Below are positions 41,333 to 51,353 of a stretch of 64,000 bases of DNA, one piece after another; the first letter of the stretch is position 1; the number at the start of each line of letters is the position of its first letter. The position numbers and the translations under genes were made by a program. Source of the stretch: an uncultured delta proteobacterium (GTDB lineage Bacteria > Myxococcota_A > Polyangia > Polyangiales > Polyangiaceae). The DNA lies in NCBI GenBank assembly GCA_963696385.1, contig CAVOKF010000007.1, positions 864,001-928,000 of the forward strand, given 5' to 3'. Below the pieces are notes generated by a model. The model ran no database searches. It was not told the origin of the DNA and worked only from the letters and a program-made list of their open reading frames with translations.

Positions 41333-41458
41333 CGAACCCTCCCGTGCGCCTCGCCGTACGCCACGATCGAGCTTATGCAACCTTGAGCCCACATGCCAAA
41401 TCACGCGCTATTTGCACATTGCATGGATCCGGGCCAGGACAGCGATGTCGCAATTGGC

Positions 41459-42583
41459 TCAGCGTGGCACCCCGACGTCTGCCGGGACCCCGGACTCGGA
41501 CGCAAGCCGAGCGGCGTGACGGGCCACCATCCGCTCCTCGTCGGTCGCCACCACCCGAACGACGCACGGCGAAGCGTCGGGACTGATGACGGCGTCGCCG
41601 CGCCCGTTGCGTGCGTCGTCGACGCGGACTCCGAGGTGCTCGAGCCCCCTGGAGATCTGCGCGCGGACGGGGGCCGCATGCTGTCCAATGCCGCCGGTGA
41701 ACACGAGCGTATCGATCCCGCCGAGGGAGGCCGCCATCGCGCCGACCCACTTTCGGGCGCTCCACGCAAAGACGTCGAGCGCGAGGCATGCGCGGGGGTC
41801 CACGTCCCGTCGGGAAAGCAGATCGCGCACGTCCGCTGTCGTGCCGCTCAACCCGAGCAGACCCGCGTGCTCGTCCACCAGTTCGCCGAGGGCTCGCGGA
41901 TCGTACCCGTGGCGAGCGAGATACAGCAGGAGCCCCGGGTCGACGTCTCCGAGGCGCGTCGCCATGACGAGCCCGCCCGAAGGGGTGAAGCCCATCGTCG
42001 TGTCGACCGATTGACCGTTGCGGACCGCCGCCATGCTCGCGCCGCTGCCGAGATGAGCGATGACGGCGCGCCCGAGCTGCGCCCCGAGCGTCGCCACCAC
42101 GAACTCGTACGATAAGCCATGGAAGCCGTACCGCCGGACGCCCGCGGCATGGATGGCCTCGGGGACGGCGTATCGCTGGGCGACCTCGGACAACGTGCGG
42201 TGGAAGGCCGTATCGAAACAAGCCACTTGTCGGAGGCTTCGCCAACGCTCGGTGACGGCACGAATGGCGAGAATCTCGGCCGGCAAGTGGATCGGGGCGA
42301 ACGGCACGAGACCGTCGAGCTCGACCAGCAGCGCGTCGTCGACGACTGTGGGCGCGGAGTGCCGAACGCCGCCGTGGACGATGCGATGGCCGACGACCTC
42401 CGGCGGGTGGCCGCTTCTCTCGAGGTCGTCCAGGAGCGATCGCACGGCGGAGCCGTGGTCGGGGACGGTCTGTCCGATGCGTTCAACGCTGCCCCGCGCG
42501 ATCTCGCGCTCGACGCTCCCGTCGACGTCGAACATCGCGTACTTGAGCGACGACGAGCCGCAGTTGATCGCGAGTGCGCGCAT
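41459..42583 (-). CDS. ackA: Acetate/propionate kinase
   Basis: INCGSSSLKY, GHRIVHGG, FDTAFH, RYGFHGLSY, HLGSGAS, DTTMGFTP, VFTGGIG. Confidence 0.95.
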   Translation of the reverse strand: MRALAINCGSSSLKYAMFDVDGSVEREIARGSVERIGQTVPDHGSAVRSLLDDLERSGHPPEVVGHRIVHGGVRHSAPTVVDDALLVELDGLVPFAPIHLPAEILAIRAVTERWRSLRQVACFDTAFHRTLSEVAQRYAVPEAIHAAGVRRYGFHGLSYEFVVATLGAQLGRAVIAHLGSGASMAAVRNGQSVDTTMGFTPSGGLVMATRLGDVDPGLLLYLARHGYDPRALGELVDEHAGLLGLSGTTADVRDLLSRRDVDPRACLALDVFAWSARKWVGAMAASLGGIDTLVFTGGIGQHAAPVRAQISRGLEHLGVRVDDARNGRGDAVISPDASPCVVRVVATDEERMVARHAARLASESGVPADVGVPR

Positions 42584-42956
42584 CGTTCAGGCGTCCGGCC
42601 AACCGTCATGAATTTCGGGCAACCGGCGCGCATCGGCCATGGCTGTGACGACGATCCCCATCGGCGCATCTACCCCTTCAAGGCATAGAACTTCAATGGG
42701 AGACCGACGAGGAGTCGCGTCGTGAAATGCGCGGCCGAATCGCATCGTCGGGGAGCCGCTGCCACGCGTGCGATCGTGTGTGCACGACTCGAACGGGATG
42801 CGATGAGTAGACGTAGACGTAGACAATGAGTAGACGGCCGCCACGGCGCGTGTGGATTGGCGCGGGCTCGCGGCATGGGCAAATTCGGTGGATGCGGGCG
42901 CCGGCTTGACACGCTGTTCGGATTTGGGTTTCTTTTTAGGCTGGGCGAGCGAGCGG

Positions 42957-44399
42957 ATGCAAGACTCGGAGACGACGGAGCTTGCGAGGGCGGGCCATGT
43001 CGTGGCTGGGAAATTCCGGCTCGACGCGTGCATAGGTCAGGGCGGCATGGGCTCGGTATGGAGTGCAACCCACCTCGGGCTGGGCCACCAAATCGCCATC
43101 AAGCTCATCTCGCGCGAGTTCGCTCGATCTCCGGAGGCGCTTCGGCGCTTCGACGCCGAGGCGAAAGCGGCGGCACGCTTGCAATCGCGTCACGTCGTGC
43201 AAGTCCACGACAACGGAACGTTGGAAGACGGAACACCGTACATCGCGATGGAGCTGCTGTCCGGCGAAAGCCTCCAGCAGCGCATCGATCGAGCCGGCCC
43301 GCTCTCGGTCGCCGAGACCGTGAACGTGCTCGCTCAATGTTGCAAGGCACTCGGCCGCGCGCATGCCGTCGGAATCGTGCACCGCGACATCAAACCGGAC
43401 AACATCTTCCTCTCGCGATCCCCGGACGAGGAAGGTTATGTCGTCAAGGTCCTCGACTTCGGCGTCGCCAAAATTTCGCTCGGCGGGGGTGACCAATCGG
43501 CGACCAAGACCGGCGCGGTGCTCGGAACGCCCCTCTACATGAGCCCCGAGCAGGCGCGCGGGCTCAAGAACGTCGATCATCGCACCGACTTGTATTCGCT
43601 CGGAATCGTCGCGTACACGATGCTCACGGGGCGGGTCGCCTTCTACGGCGAATCGTTCGGCGACATCCTGCTCAAAATTTGCACCGAGCCACTGCCGAGC
43701 TTGCGGCTGTCGGCCAACGTTCCGGCGGGTCTCGACATCTGGCTTCAGCGGGTCTGCGCGCGCGACCCCGGCAACCGGTGCGCATCGGCTCAGGAATTCA
43801 TCGATACGCTTCGCGCAGCGACGGGACGGGCGGGGAGCTCACCGGGCGTCGACGCCTCCTCCGGAGCTACTCCGGCCGTCGCACCCACCCTAGCCGACTC
43901 CGACGCTCCGTGGCGGTTGCCGCCATCCCCGCCCGCGCAGAGCTTGGCCGAGGCGAATGTCGCCATCACGGCCGCGGGCGTCCCTCGAAAAAACCACGGC
44001 GTGGCGATCGTGGTGAGTCTCTTCACCGGGTTGATCCTTGCGGCCACCATCACCTTTTTCGCGCTGTCGCGAAGCGCCGACCCGCGCTCCGCCGGCCCCG
44101 CCCACGCCTCGCAACCGGCTGATTCCCTGACCCCCTCACCGTCGACCGTACTCGTCGCGCCTCCGCCGGAGCCGGCCCTCGCCCTGCCCAGGGCAACGGC
44201 GATCGCGACCGCGGCCCCGCCGGCCACCTCGGCCTCGGCTCGGCGCGCGATGTCGGAACCTACCGCGGAGCACGCCGCCGCGGCCCCGCGGCCCCCCGCC
44301 CCACCCAGAGCGCAGCCCCCTGCTCCCGAGTCTCCACCGGCTTCGCCCGCCTCGAAACCCCCAAGTAAGCCCACTCCGGCGATCGATCTCGGGTACTAA
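42957..44399 (+). CDS. Membrane-anchored Hanks-type Ser/Thr protein kinase
   Basis: IGQGGMGSVW, AIK, HRDIKPDN, DFG, GTPLYMSPE; one TM helix, then a Pro-rich tail ending DLGY. Confidence 0.95.
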   Translation: MQDSETTELARAGHVVAGKFRLDACIGQGGMGSVWSATHLGLGHQIAIKLISREFARSPEALRRFDAEAKAAARLQSRHVVQVHDNGTLEDGTPYIAMELLSGESLQQRIDRAGPLSVAETVNVLAQCCKALGRAHAVGIVHRDIKPDNIFLSRSPDEEGYVVKVLDFGVAKISLGGGDQSATKTGAVLGTPLYMSPEQARGLKNVDHRTDLYSLGIVAYTMLTGRVAFYGESFGDILLKICTEPLPSLRLSANVPAGLDIWLQRVCARDPGNRCASAQEFIDTLRAATGRAGSSPGVDASSGATPAVAPTLADSDAPWRLPPSPPAQSLAEANVAITAAGVPRKNHGVAIVVSLFTGLILAATITFFALSRSADPRSAGPAHASQPADSLTPSPSTVLVAPPPEPALALPRATAIATAAPPATSASARRAMSEPTAEHAAAAPRPPAPPRAQPPAPESPPASPASKPPSKPTPAIDLGY

Positions 44400-44440
44400 G
44401 TCTTCGCTACGAGGTTGTCCGGTATGGAGGGGATCCGCGC

Positions 44441-45478
44441 ATGAAAAGCGTACGCCGTTCTACGGGCTTCATCGCTGCGATGCTGTTTGTCGGCAGCACC
44501 GCCGCGGCCGATGAAGCGCCGACGCCAACCGATGAACAGAAAGCCACGGCTCGCATGCTGGGCACCGAGGGCGTGAAGCTCGCGCTGGGCGGGAACTGCC
44601 CTGGCGCGGTCGACAAGTTGACGCGCGCCGAATCGCTCGTGCATGCGCCGACGACCGCTCTTCCGCTGGCCCAGTGCGACATCAAGCTCGGAAAACTGGT
44701 CGCCGGGACCGAAATTCTCAATCGCCTCGTGCACGAGACGCTGCCGCCGAATGCGCCGAAGTCCTGGACCGACGCCAAGCTGCAGGCGCAACCGCTTCTC
44801 GATTCGACGAGTCCCCGAATTGGCAAGCTTCGCATCCACGTGGACCGGCCCCCCGGCACCACAGCAGACGTCCAGGTGACCGTCGATGGCGAGGATGTCC
44901 CCTCGGTCGTGCTCGACAACGACCGGCCCACCGATCCGGGAACGCATCGCGTCACGGCCACGGCCGCCGGGCTCGGTGCCGCGGACGCGACGACGTCGGT
45001 CGGTGAGGGGCAAGTGCAGTCGCTCACACTTCGACTCGAGGCGCCTCCGGCCACGGCGCCTACGGGGCCAGCCGCACCCGCCCCCACCGCGGCCGTTCAA
45101 CCTCCACCGCTTTCGTCCTCGTCCGCGACGGCGCAGTCTCCCAATCGGGTCCCTGCGTACGTCATGTTTGGGGTGGGTGGAGCGGGAGTCGTCGTGGGAA
45201 CGGTGTTCGGAATATTCGCCCTCGGCGCAAAGTCGAGCCTCGATGCGGCATGCCAGCCGAATCGCGTGTGCCCGTCTTCGTCCCAGGGCGAGATCAACGC
45301 GTACAAGACCGACCCGCTCGTGTCGACCGTGGGCTTTGGCGCGGGTGTGACGGCCCTTGCGATCGGCACGATTTTGCTCGTTACGGCGCACTCGGAGGCC
45401 ACTCCGAAGACAGCCCACCTCGAAGTGCGACCCTGGGTAGGGCCGGGATCGGGCGGCATCGCCGGGAGCTTTCCGTGA
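44441..45478 (+). CDS. Exported TPR-like plus PEGA-like domain protein with C-terminal hydrophobic hairpin
   Basis: Signal peptide, helical TPR-like segment, VTVDG...DPGTHRVTATAAG (PEGA-like), two hydrophobic helices around a Cys pair, terminal beta strands. Confidence 0.8.
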   Translation: MKSVRRSTGFIAAMLFVGSTAAADEAPTPTDEQKATARMLGTEGVKLALGGNCPGAVDKLTRAESLVHAPTTALPLAQCDIKLGKLVAGTEILNRLVHETLPPNAPKSWTDAKLQAQPLLDSTSPRIGKLRIHVDRPPGTTADVQVTVDGEDVPSVVLDNDRPTDPGTHRVTATAAGLGAADATTSVGEGQVQSLTLRLEAPPATAPTGPAAPAPTAAVQPPPLSSSSATAQSPNRVPAYVMFGVGGAGVVVGTVFGIFALGAKSSLDAACQPNRVCPSSSQGEINAYKTDPLVSTVGFGAGVTALAIGTILLVTAHSEATPKTAHLEVRPWVGPGSGGIAGSFP

Positions 45479-46293
45479 GCGTTCTCGACGTCCGCGCAAC
45501 CGCGTCGATCGCGATCTGCGCCGCACTCTTCGCCCCGGCCGTCACCGGGTGCGAGCTCGTGGTCGGTACCGAAACGTTCACGACGGCCGGTTCGAGCTCT
45601 TCCGGATCGGGTGACGCAAGCATCACGAAGGGCGGCGGCCCGATGGGCCACGACGCGGGCATCCTTCTCGTCGATGATTCGGGCTCGATGGAAGGCGGAA
45701 ACGCCATCCTATGCGCGACCGCGGCGGCGGACTCGACCTGCTCGAGCTGCTGGAAGACTTCGTGCTGCGGCGCGTACACCGCCTGCCAAGGCGACGTGAA
45801 TTGCGCGAAGATGGCGACATGCATCGAGAACTGCACCGACCCACCGTGCGACTGCACCGCACCGGCCGCGTCGATGCAGATCTATCTCAGCCTTGCGTCG
45901 TGCGGCGTCGTGACGAGCGCGTCGGACCCGGTTGGAACGAGCGCGTGTTCACTCTGCGAGGCGGTCGGCACCGGCGATCCGTGCGTGTGGGATTACAACT
46001 GCGTCGGGTCGGAGGTCCGTTGCGTGTCCGACGGCTACTGCGCCGTCGCGAACTGCCCCTACTGGTGCTCGCCACTGACGTGTTCCTCCAATTCCGACTG
46101 TGCCGGCAATTACGCGAATGCAACCAGCCAGAACGGCCTGGCGAGCGTATGCATCGATGATGACGGATTCGGGGACACGATGTGCTTTCCCCAATGCATC
46201 CCGTCGAATGCCAACAGCTGCGCGGCATTCCCAGATACGACCTGCACGCAAAACACCGACACCGACGGCAACAGCGTCTACGCGTGCGAATGA
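45475..46293 (+). CDS. Cysteine-rich lipoprotein
   Basis: GTG overlapping the upstream TGA; lipobox VTGC; more than 20 Cys. Confidence 0.8.
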   Translation: MSVLDVRATASIAICAALFAPAVTGCELVVGTETFTTAGSSSSGSGDASITKGGGPMGHDAGILLVDDSGSMEGGNAILCATAAADSTCSSCWKTSCCGAYTACQGDVNCAKMATCIENCTDPPCDCTAPAASMQIYLSLASCGVVTSASDPVGTSACSLCEAVGTGDPCVWDYNCVGSEVRCVSDGYCAVANCPYWCSPLTCSSNSDCAGNYANATSQNGLASVCIDDDGFGDTMCFPQCIPSNANSCAAFPDTTCTQNTDTDGNSVYACE

Positions 46294-46420
46294 GCGAGGT
46301 GTTCGGATCCGCGTGGCCCGCACCGCGGGCGCGCGCGACCTGAGGCACGGCTTGCCCGCCACCCCGTGTGACACGGTCGGCGAGACAGGCTCCCGCCGGT
46401 CTGTTACGAGGCTCAGACCC

Positions 46421-48988
46421 ATGCGGACGACACGCGCCCTCGGCCTAGCGGCAGTCGGGATCGCCGAGCTCGTGGCGCCCATCCGCGCAGAGGCGGGGGA
46501 GCCTCTGCCGACGAGCGCCGAGCACATCGACTCGCCGGGGCGGAGTGTCGCCTCCGACGACACCACCGATGCGGTCGTGCGGAACCCCGCAAACCTAGCG
46601 TGGCTGCCCGCGCCCGAGCTCCGCTGGACGTGGGTCGATTGCCCCAATCAGGCCGTGAAGGTCGGCTGCGGCCATGCGTGGCAGGCAGGCACCCCCCTGG
46701 TCTTCGGGGTGTCGACGGCGCTCCGAGTGGACTTGGTCCAGCCCCCGTGGGGAGCGTCGCTCGGCGAGGGCGTCGGATTTCCCTATCGAGGCCACGACTA
46801 TGCATGGATCACCTGGGGGCTTGCCGCGCGTCTCGGACATCACGCTGCGTTCGGGCTGACGCTCGAGCGATCGTATTCGCAAAACCAAGCTCTCGACGGG
46901 CTCTTTGGCATCAGTGCGGCCATCTCTTGGCGCCCGAACACGCATCTTGGACTCTCGGCCGTCGCCCATGATTTCAATCGGCCGAGCCCGACGATACTGC
47001 CCGCGATGCAGCCGCAGTCGTCGGATGCGCTTCCGGTCCTCGATGGTCGTTACACCCTCGCGCTGTCGGTGCGACCCACGGGGCGGCGCGACGTCGACAT
47101 CGGGATCGACGCGCAATACTGGGAAGGCAGCGATCAATGGACCGAAGGCGGCACGATCGGCGTCGACATCCCCGACGTCGGTCGTGCCTTCGCCGGAATC
47201 GACGTCGCTCACATTTCGAGCGACGCGCGGCGGGGTGTCGTCGGTTCGGCCGGGCTCGAACTTCATTTCGATGGTCTGAGCGCGGGCGGCGGAGCTCTCG
47301 TGGGCGATGGGTTGGGAGGCAACCAGACCGCTGCCGGGTACGTCACGGCGGCGATTGCCGGTTACGCGCAGCCCGGCATCCCGCGGCCGGCACACGCCGT
47401 ATGGATCCGCCTCGAGGCGACGCCGTCGACGCGCGAGCACGTCGCACTGCTCCGGAAGCTCTGGGCGCTTGCGACCGCTCGAGACGTCGCCGCCGTGACC
47501 CTGGTCTTGCGCGCCGAGCCGGCGAGTTCGTTTGCACACGCGGAAGAGATCGCGGACGCGATCCGGGTGATCCGGGCGCACGGCAAGAAGGTGCTGTGCT
47601 CCTGGGAGGACGCGGGCCCAAAAACGCTCTACGCGTGCGCGAGCGCGGACCGCATCGTCGTCACTCCCGCGGGCGACGTCCGCTACGCCGGCCTCAAGTC
47701 CGAATACATGTATCTCAAGGGACTTCTCGACAAGATCGGCATTCGCGCCGATTTCGTCCGGATCGGCCCGCACAAGACCGCACCGGAACAGTTCACCAAT
47801 GAGCACGCGGGGCCGGTCGCCAACGAAGACCACATCGACATGCTGCGGCAGCAGGAAGCCGTCTTCGACCGCAACCTCGCCCTATACCGCCACATGACCG
47901 ACGAGCGGGTCCGCGAGATGACGCGCGCCGGACCCTTCACAGCGACGGAGGCCCGCTCGGCCGGTCTGGTCGACGGCTTCGCCTTCGACGACGAGTTGGA
48001 ACGCGCGACCCAGGAACTCGTCGGGCGCGCGGTCGCGTACGGCAAATACGACGACGAGAGGCAAGCGCCGAGCAGCTTCGGGCCGCGGGGGAGCATCGCC
48101 ATCCTTTACTTGGATGGGGACATCGTCGACGGGCGATCGCAGCGCGTGCCGCTTCTCGATCTGCGGCTGGTCGGTTCGTACTCGATGGCCGACGCGATCC
48201 GGCAGGCCAAGGACGATTCGAGCATCCGGGCCGTCGTCCTACGCATCGAGAGTCCGGGTGGCTCGTCGATCGCGAGCGACGTCATGTGGCGCGAGCTCTC
48301 GCTGCTCGCAAAGAAGAAACCGCTCATCGTCTCGATGGGGACCGTCGCCGCGAGCGGGGGCTACTACGTCGCCAGCGCGAGCCGAAACATCTTCGCTTTG
48401 CCCCTCACCATCACGGGTTCGATCGGCGTCTTTTACGGGAAAGCGGACGTCAGCGGATTGCTCGACAAGATCGGCGTCACCATCGACACCTACAAGACCG
48501 CGCCCCGCGCGGATGCCGAAACGATCTTCCGCGGCTTCACGCCCGACGAGAAGCGCGAGCTCGAGCGCAAGGTGGATCAGTTCTACGACACGTTCCTGGA
48601 CCGCGTGAGCCAGGGGCGCGGCATGACCAAGCAAGCCATCGACGCGGTCGGGCGCGGACGCGTTTGGATGGGTCAGGAAGCGATTCAATACCATCTCATC
48701 GACCACCTCGGCGGGTTGCGCGAGGCACTCGAAGCGGCACGGCGGGCGTCCGAGCTGTCCGACGACGCCCCCATCGTCGAGCTACCGCGCGAGAACCGGT
48801 CGATCGTGCAGTGGGCGATCGATGCAGTCACGGGCACGTCAGCGGAGCAGCCGCCGAGCGTCGTCGGCTCTTTGCCCCCGGCGTTTCGCAGCATTGCGCA
48901 CGCCGTCGCTCCGCTCGTCGTCTACTCCGGCGACCTGCCGCTCGCGCGCATGGAATGGGTCGACACGGGCGACTGGGTCGAGCCGTAG
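46421..48988 (+). CDS. sppA: Signal peptide peptidase SppA (67K type) with an N-terminal beta-barrel-like extension
   Basis: HKTAPE (catalytic Lys region), LRIESPGGS, SMGTVAASGGYY (catalytic Ser), TGSIGV, GRGRVWMG. Confidence 0.9.
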   Translation: MRTTRALGLAAVGIAELVAPIRAEAGEPLPTSAEHIDSPGRSVASDDTTDAVVRNPANLAWLPAPELRWTWVDCPNQAVKVGCGHAWQAGTPLVFGVSTALRVDLVQPPWGASLGEGVGFPYRGHDYAWITWGLAARLGHHAAFGLTLERSYSQNQALDGLFGISAAISWRPNTHLGLSAVAHDFNRPSPTILPAMQPQSSDALPVLDGRYTLALSVRPTGRRDVDIGIDAQYWEGSDQWTEGGTIGVDIPDVGRAFAGIDVAHISSDARRGVVGSAGLELHFDGLSAGGGALVGDGLGGNQTAAGYVTAAIAGYAQPGIPRPAHAVWIRLEATPSTREHVALLRKLWALATARDVAAVTLVLRAEPASSFAHAEEIADAIRVIRAHGKKVLCSWEDAGPKTLYACASADRIVVTPAGDVRYAGLKSEYMYLKGLLDKIGIRADFVRIGPHKTAPEQFTNEHAGPVANEDHIDMLRQQEAVFDRNLALYRHMTDERVREMTRAGPFTATEARSAGLVDGFAFDDELERATQELVGRAVAYGKYDDERQAPSSFGPRGSIAILYLDGDIVDGRSQRVPLLDLRLVGSYSMADAIRQAKDDSSIRAVVLRIESPGGSSIASDVMWRELSLLAKKKPLIVSMGTVAASGGYYVASASRNIFALPLTITGSIGVFYGKADVSGLLDKIGVTIDTYKTAPRADAETIFRGFTPDEKRELERKVDQFYDTFLDRVSQGRGMTKQAIDAVGRGRVWMGQEAIQYHLIDHLGGLREALEAARRASELSDDAPIVELPRENRSIVQWAIDAVTGTSAEQPPSVVGSLPPAFRSIAHAVAPLVVYSGDLPLARMEWVDTGDWVEP

Positions 48989-49046
48989 CCTTCAGCCTAG
49001 CCTCAGCGCGCGCGGATTCATCCACGGGACGTACGGAACGGACCCA

Positions 49047-50336
49047 CTAGCGATCGCTGACGCGTCGGCCGCGCGAGGACGGATCGACACTCGACGAACC
49101 AGGCGGATCGTCGGTCGGTGCCGACGACGGGGGGGCGCTTCGGAGCACGAGAAGGGTGACTTCAGGAGCAACGCCGAGCCGGATCGGAGGCCCCGTCGTC
49201 CCTAGACCGGGGTGCACATACAGTACGGAGTTCGCGAAACGGTAAAAGCCCAGGCCATATTTGTAGACGATGCCGAGATTCGCGAATCGGTACAGAAACG
49301 GTACACCGATCTGTCCGCCGTGGGTATGGCCGGCCAAGACCAGTTGCGCTCCGCTGTCCGCCGCGGCTTCGAAGCGCGTCGGATCGTGGGCGAGCAGGAC
49401 GGTCGTCGCTCCCGCGGGCCGCCCGCGCATGGCCGCCGCGAGATCATCGCGTCGCGTCCACGTGTCGTCGATCGCGGTCAGCCAAAGAAGTGCGCCGCCG
49501 CGATCGATGACGCACCCCTCGTTTCGCAGGACGCGCACCCCCCGATCGCGAAGCAACGAGAGCAACGGGTAGCCATCGCCCCCGAAGTAGTCGTGATTGC
49601 CCATCGACGCAAAGACGCCATCGGTCGCTCGCAACGATCCGACGACGTCGGCCACGTCCGTGTGGAAATCGGTTCCGCTCGTCACCATGTCGCCCGTGAC
49701 GACGGCAACGTCGGGACGGCGTCGATTCGCGGATTCGGCCCATGCAAGCCCCCAGGAACGGGGCGTGAGCGTGCCAATGTGAAGGTCCGACAGGTGTGCA
49801 ATGCGAAACCCTTCGAACCTGGGATCGAGACCCTTCACCCAAACGGGTCGCTCGACGACGCGGTACCAACGGCGGCGGACCATGACGCCGTAGCCGCAGA
49901 CGAGCAGCCCCAGCACGTAGCTCCACATGTACGCGCCCATCGGCGCGCGCACCGGTGCACCGCGGACCCACTCGAACGCGGGAACGACGACCGTGGCGAC
50001 GACCGACGGAACGAAAGCGAAGAGCGCCGCGCACCAATGAATGAAGTACGGAATGTCGAGAAGGCGAACGAGCACTCCGTTGCGTTTGCGATCGGGCATT
50101 CCCGCGCGCGCTCGTCCGAGAAACAGCGCGACGCCGGCGGCGGCGAATGCGGCGCCGGCGATTCGCGGCGACGGCACGCCGGTTCGAGTCAGGAGCTCAC
50201 CGACGCCGAGCGCCACGGGCACGTGCACGATGCCGGTCGCGACGATCAAGATGCGCAGAAAACGCGACATCCTGGCGCGCCGCCGGACGGCGTGACCTCC
50301 GGAATCGATCGTCGTCTGCGCGGTCGATGTCGTCAT
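49047..50336 (-). CDS. Membrane-bound metallophosphoesterase (YkuE-like)
   Basis: SDLH, TGD, GNHD, LAH, GHTHGGQ; N-terminal TM helices; start may instead be 50270. Confidence 0.9.
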   Translation of the reverse strand: MTTSTAQTTIDSGGHAVRRRARMSRFLRILIVATGIVHVPVALGVGELLTRTGVPSPRIAGAAFAAAGVALFLGRARAGMPDRKRNGVLVRLLDIPYFIHWCAALFAFVPSVVATVVVPAFEWVRGAPVRAPMGAYMWSYVLGLLVCGYGVMVRRRWYRVVERPVWVKGLDPRFEGFRIAHLSDLHIGTLTPRSWGLAWAESANRRRPDVAVVTGDMVTSGTDFHTDVADVVGSLRATDGVFASMGNHDYFGGDGYPLLSLLRDRGVRVLRNEGCVIDRGGALLWLTAIDDTWTRRDDLAAAMRGRPAGATTVLLAHDPTRFEAAADSGAQLVLAGHTHGGQIGVPFLYRFANLGIVYKYGLGFYRFANSVLYVHPGLGTTGPPIRLGVAPEVTLLVLRSAPPSSAPTDDPPGSSSVDPSSRGRRVSDR

Positions 50337-50385
50337 GCTGTGCCGACTCGTCGCCGAGTCGTTCGAGCCAGAGAGGTCGTGCGCG

Positions 50386-50709
50386 TCAAACGCCGAGAAG
50401 CTTGACCAGCGTTTCCTTGTTCGCAACGCCCACGAGACGCCCCGACTCCTTGCCGTCCTTGAATACGACCACCGTCGGGACGCCGCGGATTCCGAACTTG
50501 GACGTCGTGGCGGGGGAATCGTCGATGTCGAGCTTGCCCACCCGCACTTGCCCCTTGAAGTCGTCGGCGACTTTCTCGACAATCGGGCCGAGCACGCGGC
50601 ACGGACCGCACCAGACCGCGCTGAAGTCGAGGAGGAACGGGAGCGAGGACTTGAGGACTTCGCTTTCGAAGTTCAGATCGTTGATCTCGAGGACGTTGGC
50701 GCCGGCCAT
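50386..50709 (-). CDS. trxA: Thioredoxin
   Basis: WCGPC active site, 107 aa. Confidence 0.95.
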   Translation of the reverse strand: MAGANVLEINDLNFESEVLKSSLPFLLDFSAVWCGPCRVLGPIVEKVADDFKGQVRVGKLDIDDSPATTSKFGIRGVPTVVVFKDGKESGRLVGVANKETLVKLLGV

Positions 50710-50857
50710 GGGATATGGTTCTCCGTGAAACTCTATAGTGCTCCGATGCCGAGCTGTCGACGCGCGTAGCGTGGACCGGTCTTGCCGGGCCCGAGGGACG
50801 GGACGTCGCGGGCGCAAAAGTTGGCCCAAGAGCCGGGACAGCGCATCGTAGCCGGCC

Positions 50858-51274
50858 ATGGACAGCGACTCGGACCTCGCGCGGGTACTCGACGCGGACC
50901 CCTACTCGGGGCCGGAGCGACGTCGGCATCGGGTGTACGTAACGCGGAACACCGAATATCACGTCCGCGATCGGCTCTGCGTCGCGGTTCGCGACCGCCG
51001 GACGGGCGAGTTCATGCAGGGTCACCTGGCGCTTCGCCGACGGATCGAAGGCGGACTCCGGTTCTTTCAGAACGGCGGGATCGCACCCAACCCGGGCGAG
51101 CCCCGCCGGGGCGAATCGATCTACTTTGCCGGCGACGGCCGGGAGCTCGTGACGAGCCCCCTCGAGGAGGTCGATCGGCCGGCCCGGGAAGTCGTCCGCG
51201 AGTATCCTGATTGGCAAGGTCTGCGAAAGAGATCCTCGAGCCCCCGTCGGGGCACGAGTCCTCACGAACGCTAG
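50858..51274 (+). CDS. Hypothetical protein
   Basis: Globular, protein-like sequence (HRVYVTRNTEYH...CVAVRDRRTG...ELVTS), divergent from trxA. Confidence 0.75.
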   Translation: MDSDSDLARVLDADPYSGPERRRHRVYVTRNTEYHVRDRLCVAVRDRRTGEFMQGHLALRRRIEGGLRFFQNGGIAPNPGEPRRGESIYFAGDGRELVTSPLEEVDRPAREVVREYPDWQGLRKRSSSPRRGTSPHER

Positions 51275-51353
51275 CCGCCGGTCCGCCAAACGGCGCATAG
51301 GGCGCGACGCCGTTCGCGTGCACGCTTCATTCGTCGTAATTTGCCGAACGGAA

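Noticed and set aside
42906..42942. Sigma70 promoter for the kinase (TTGACA at 42906)
   Set aside because: No convincing -10 element at 16-18 bp spacing.
50181..50200. GGTTCGAGTC resembling a tRNA T-loop
   Set aside because: It lies inside the metallophosphoesterase CDS and no cloverleaf can be formed.
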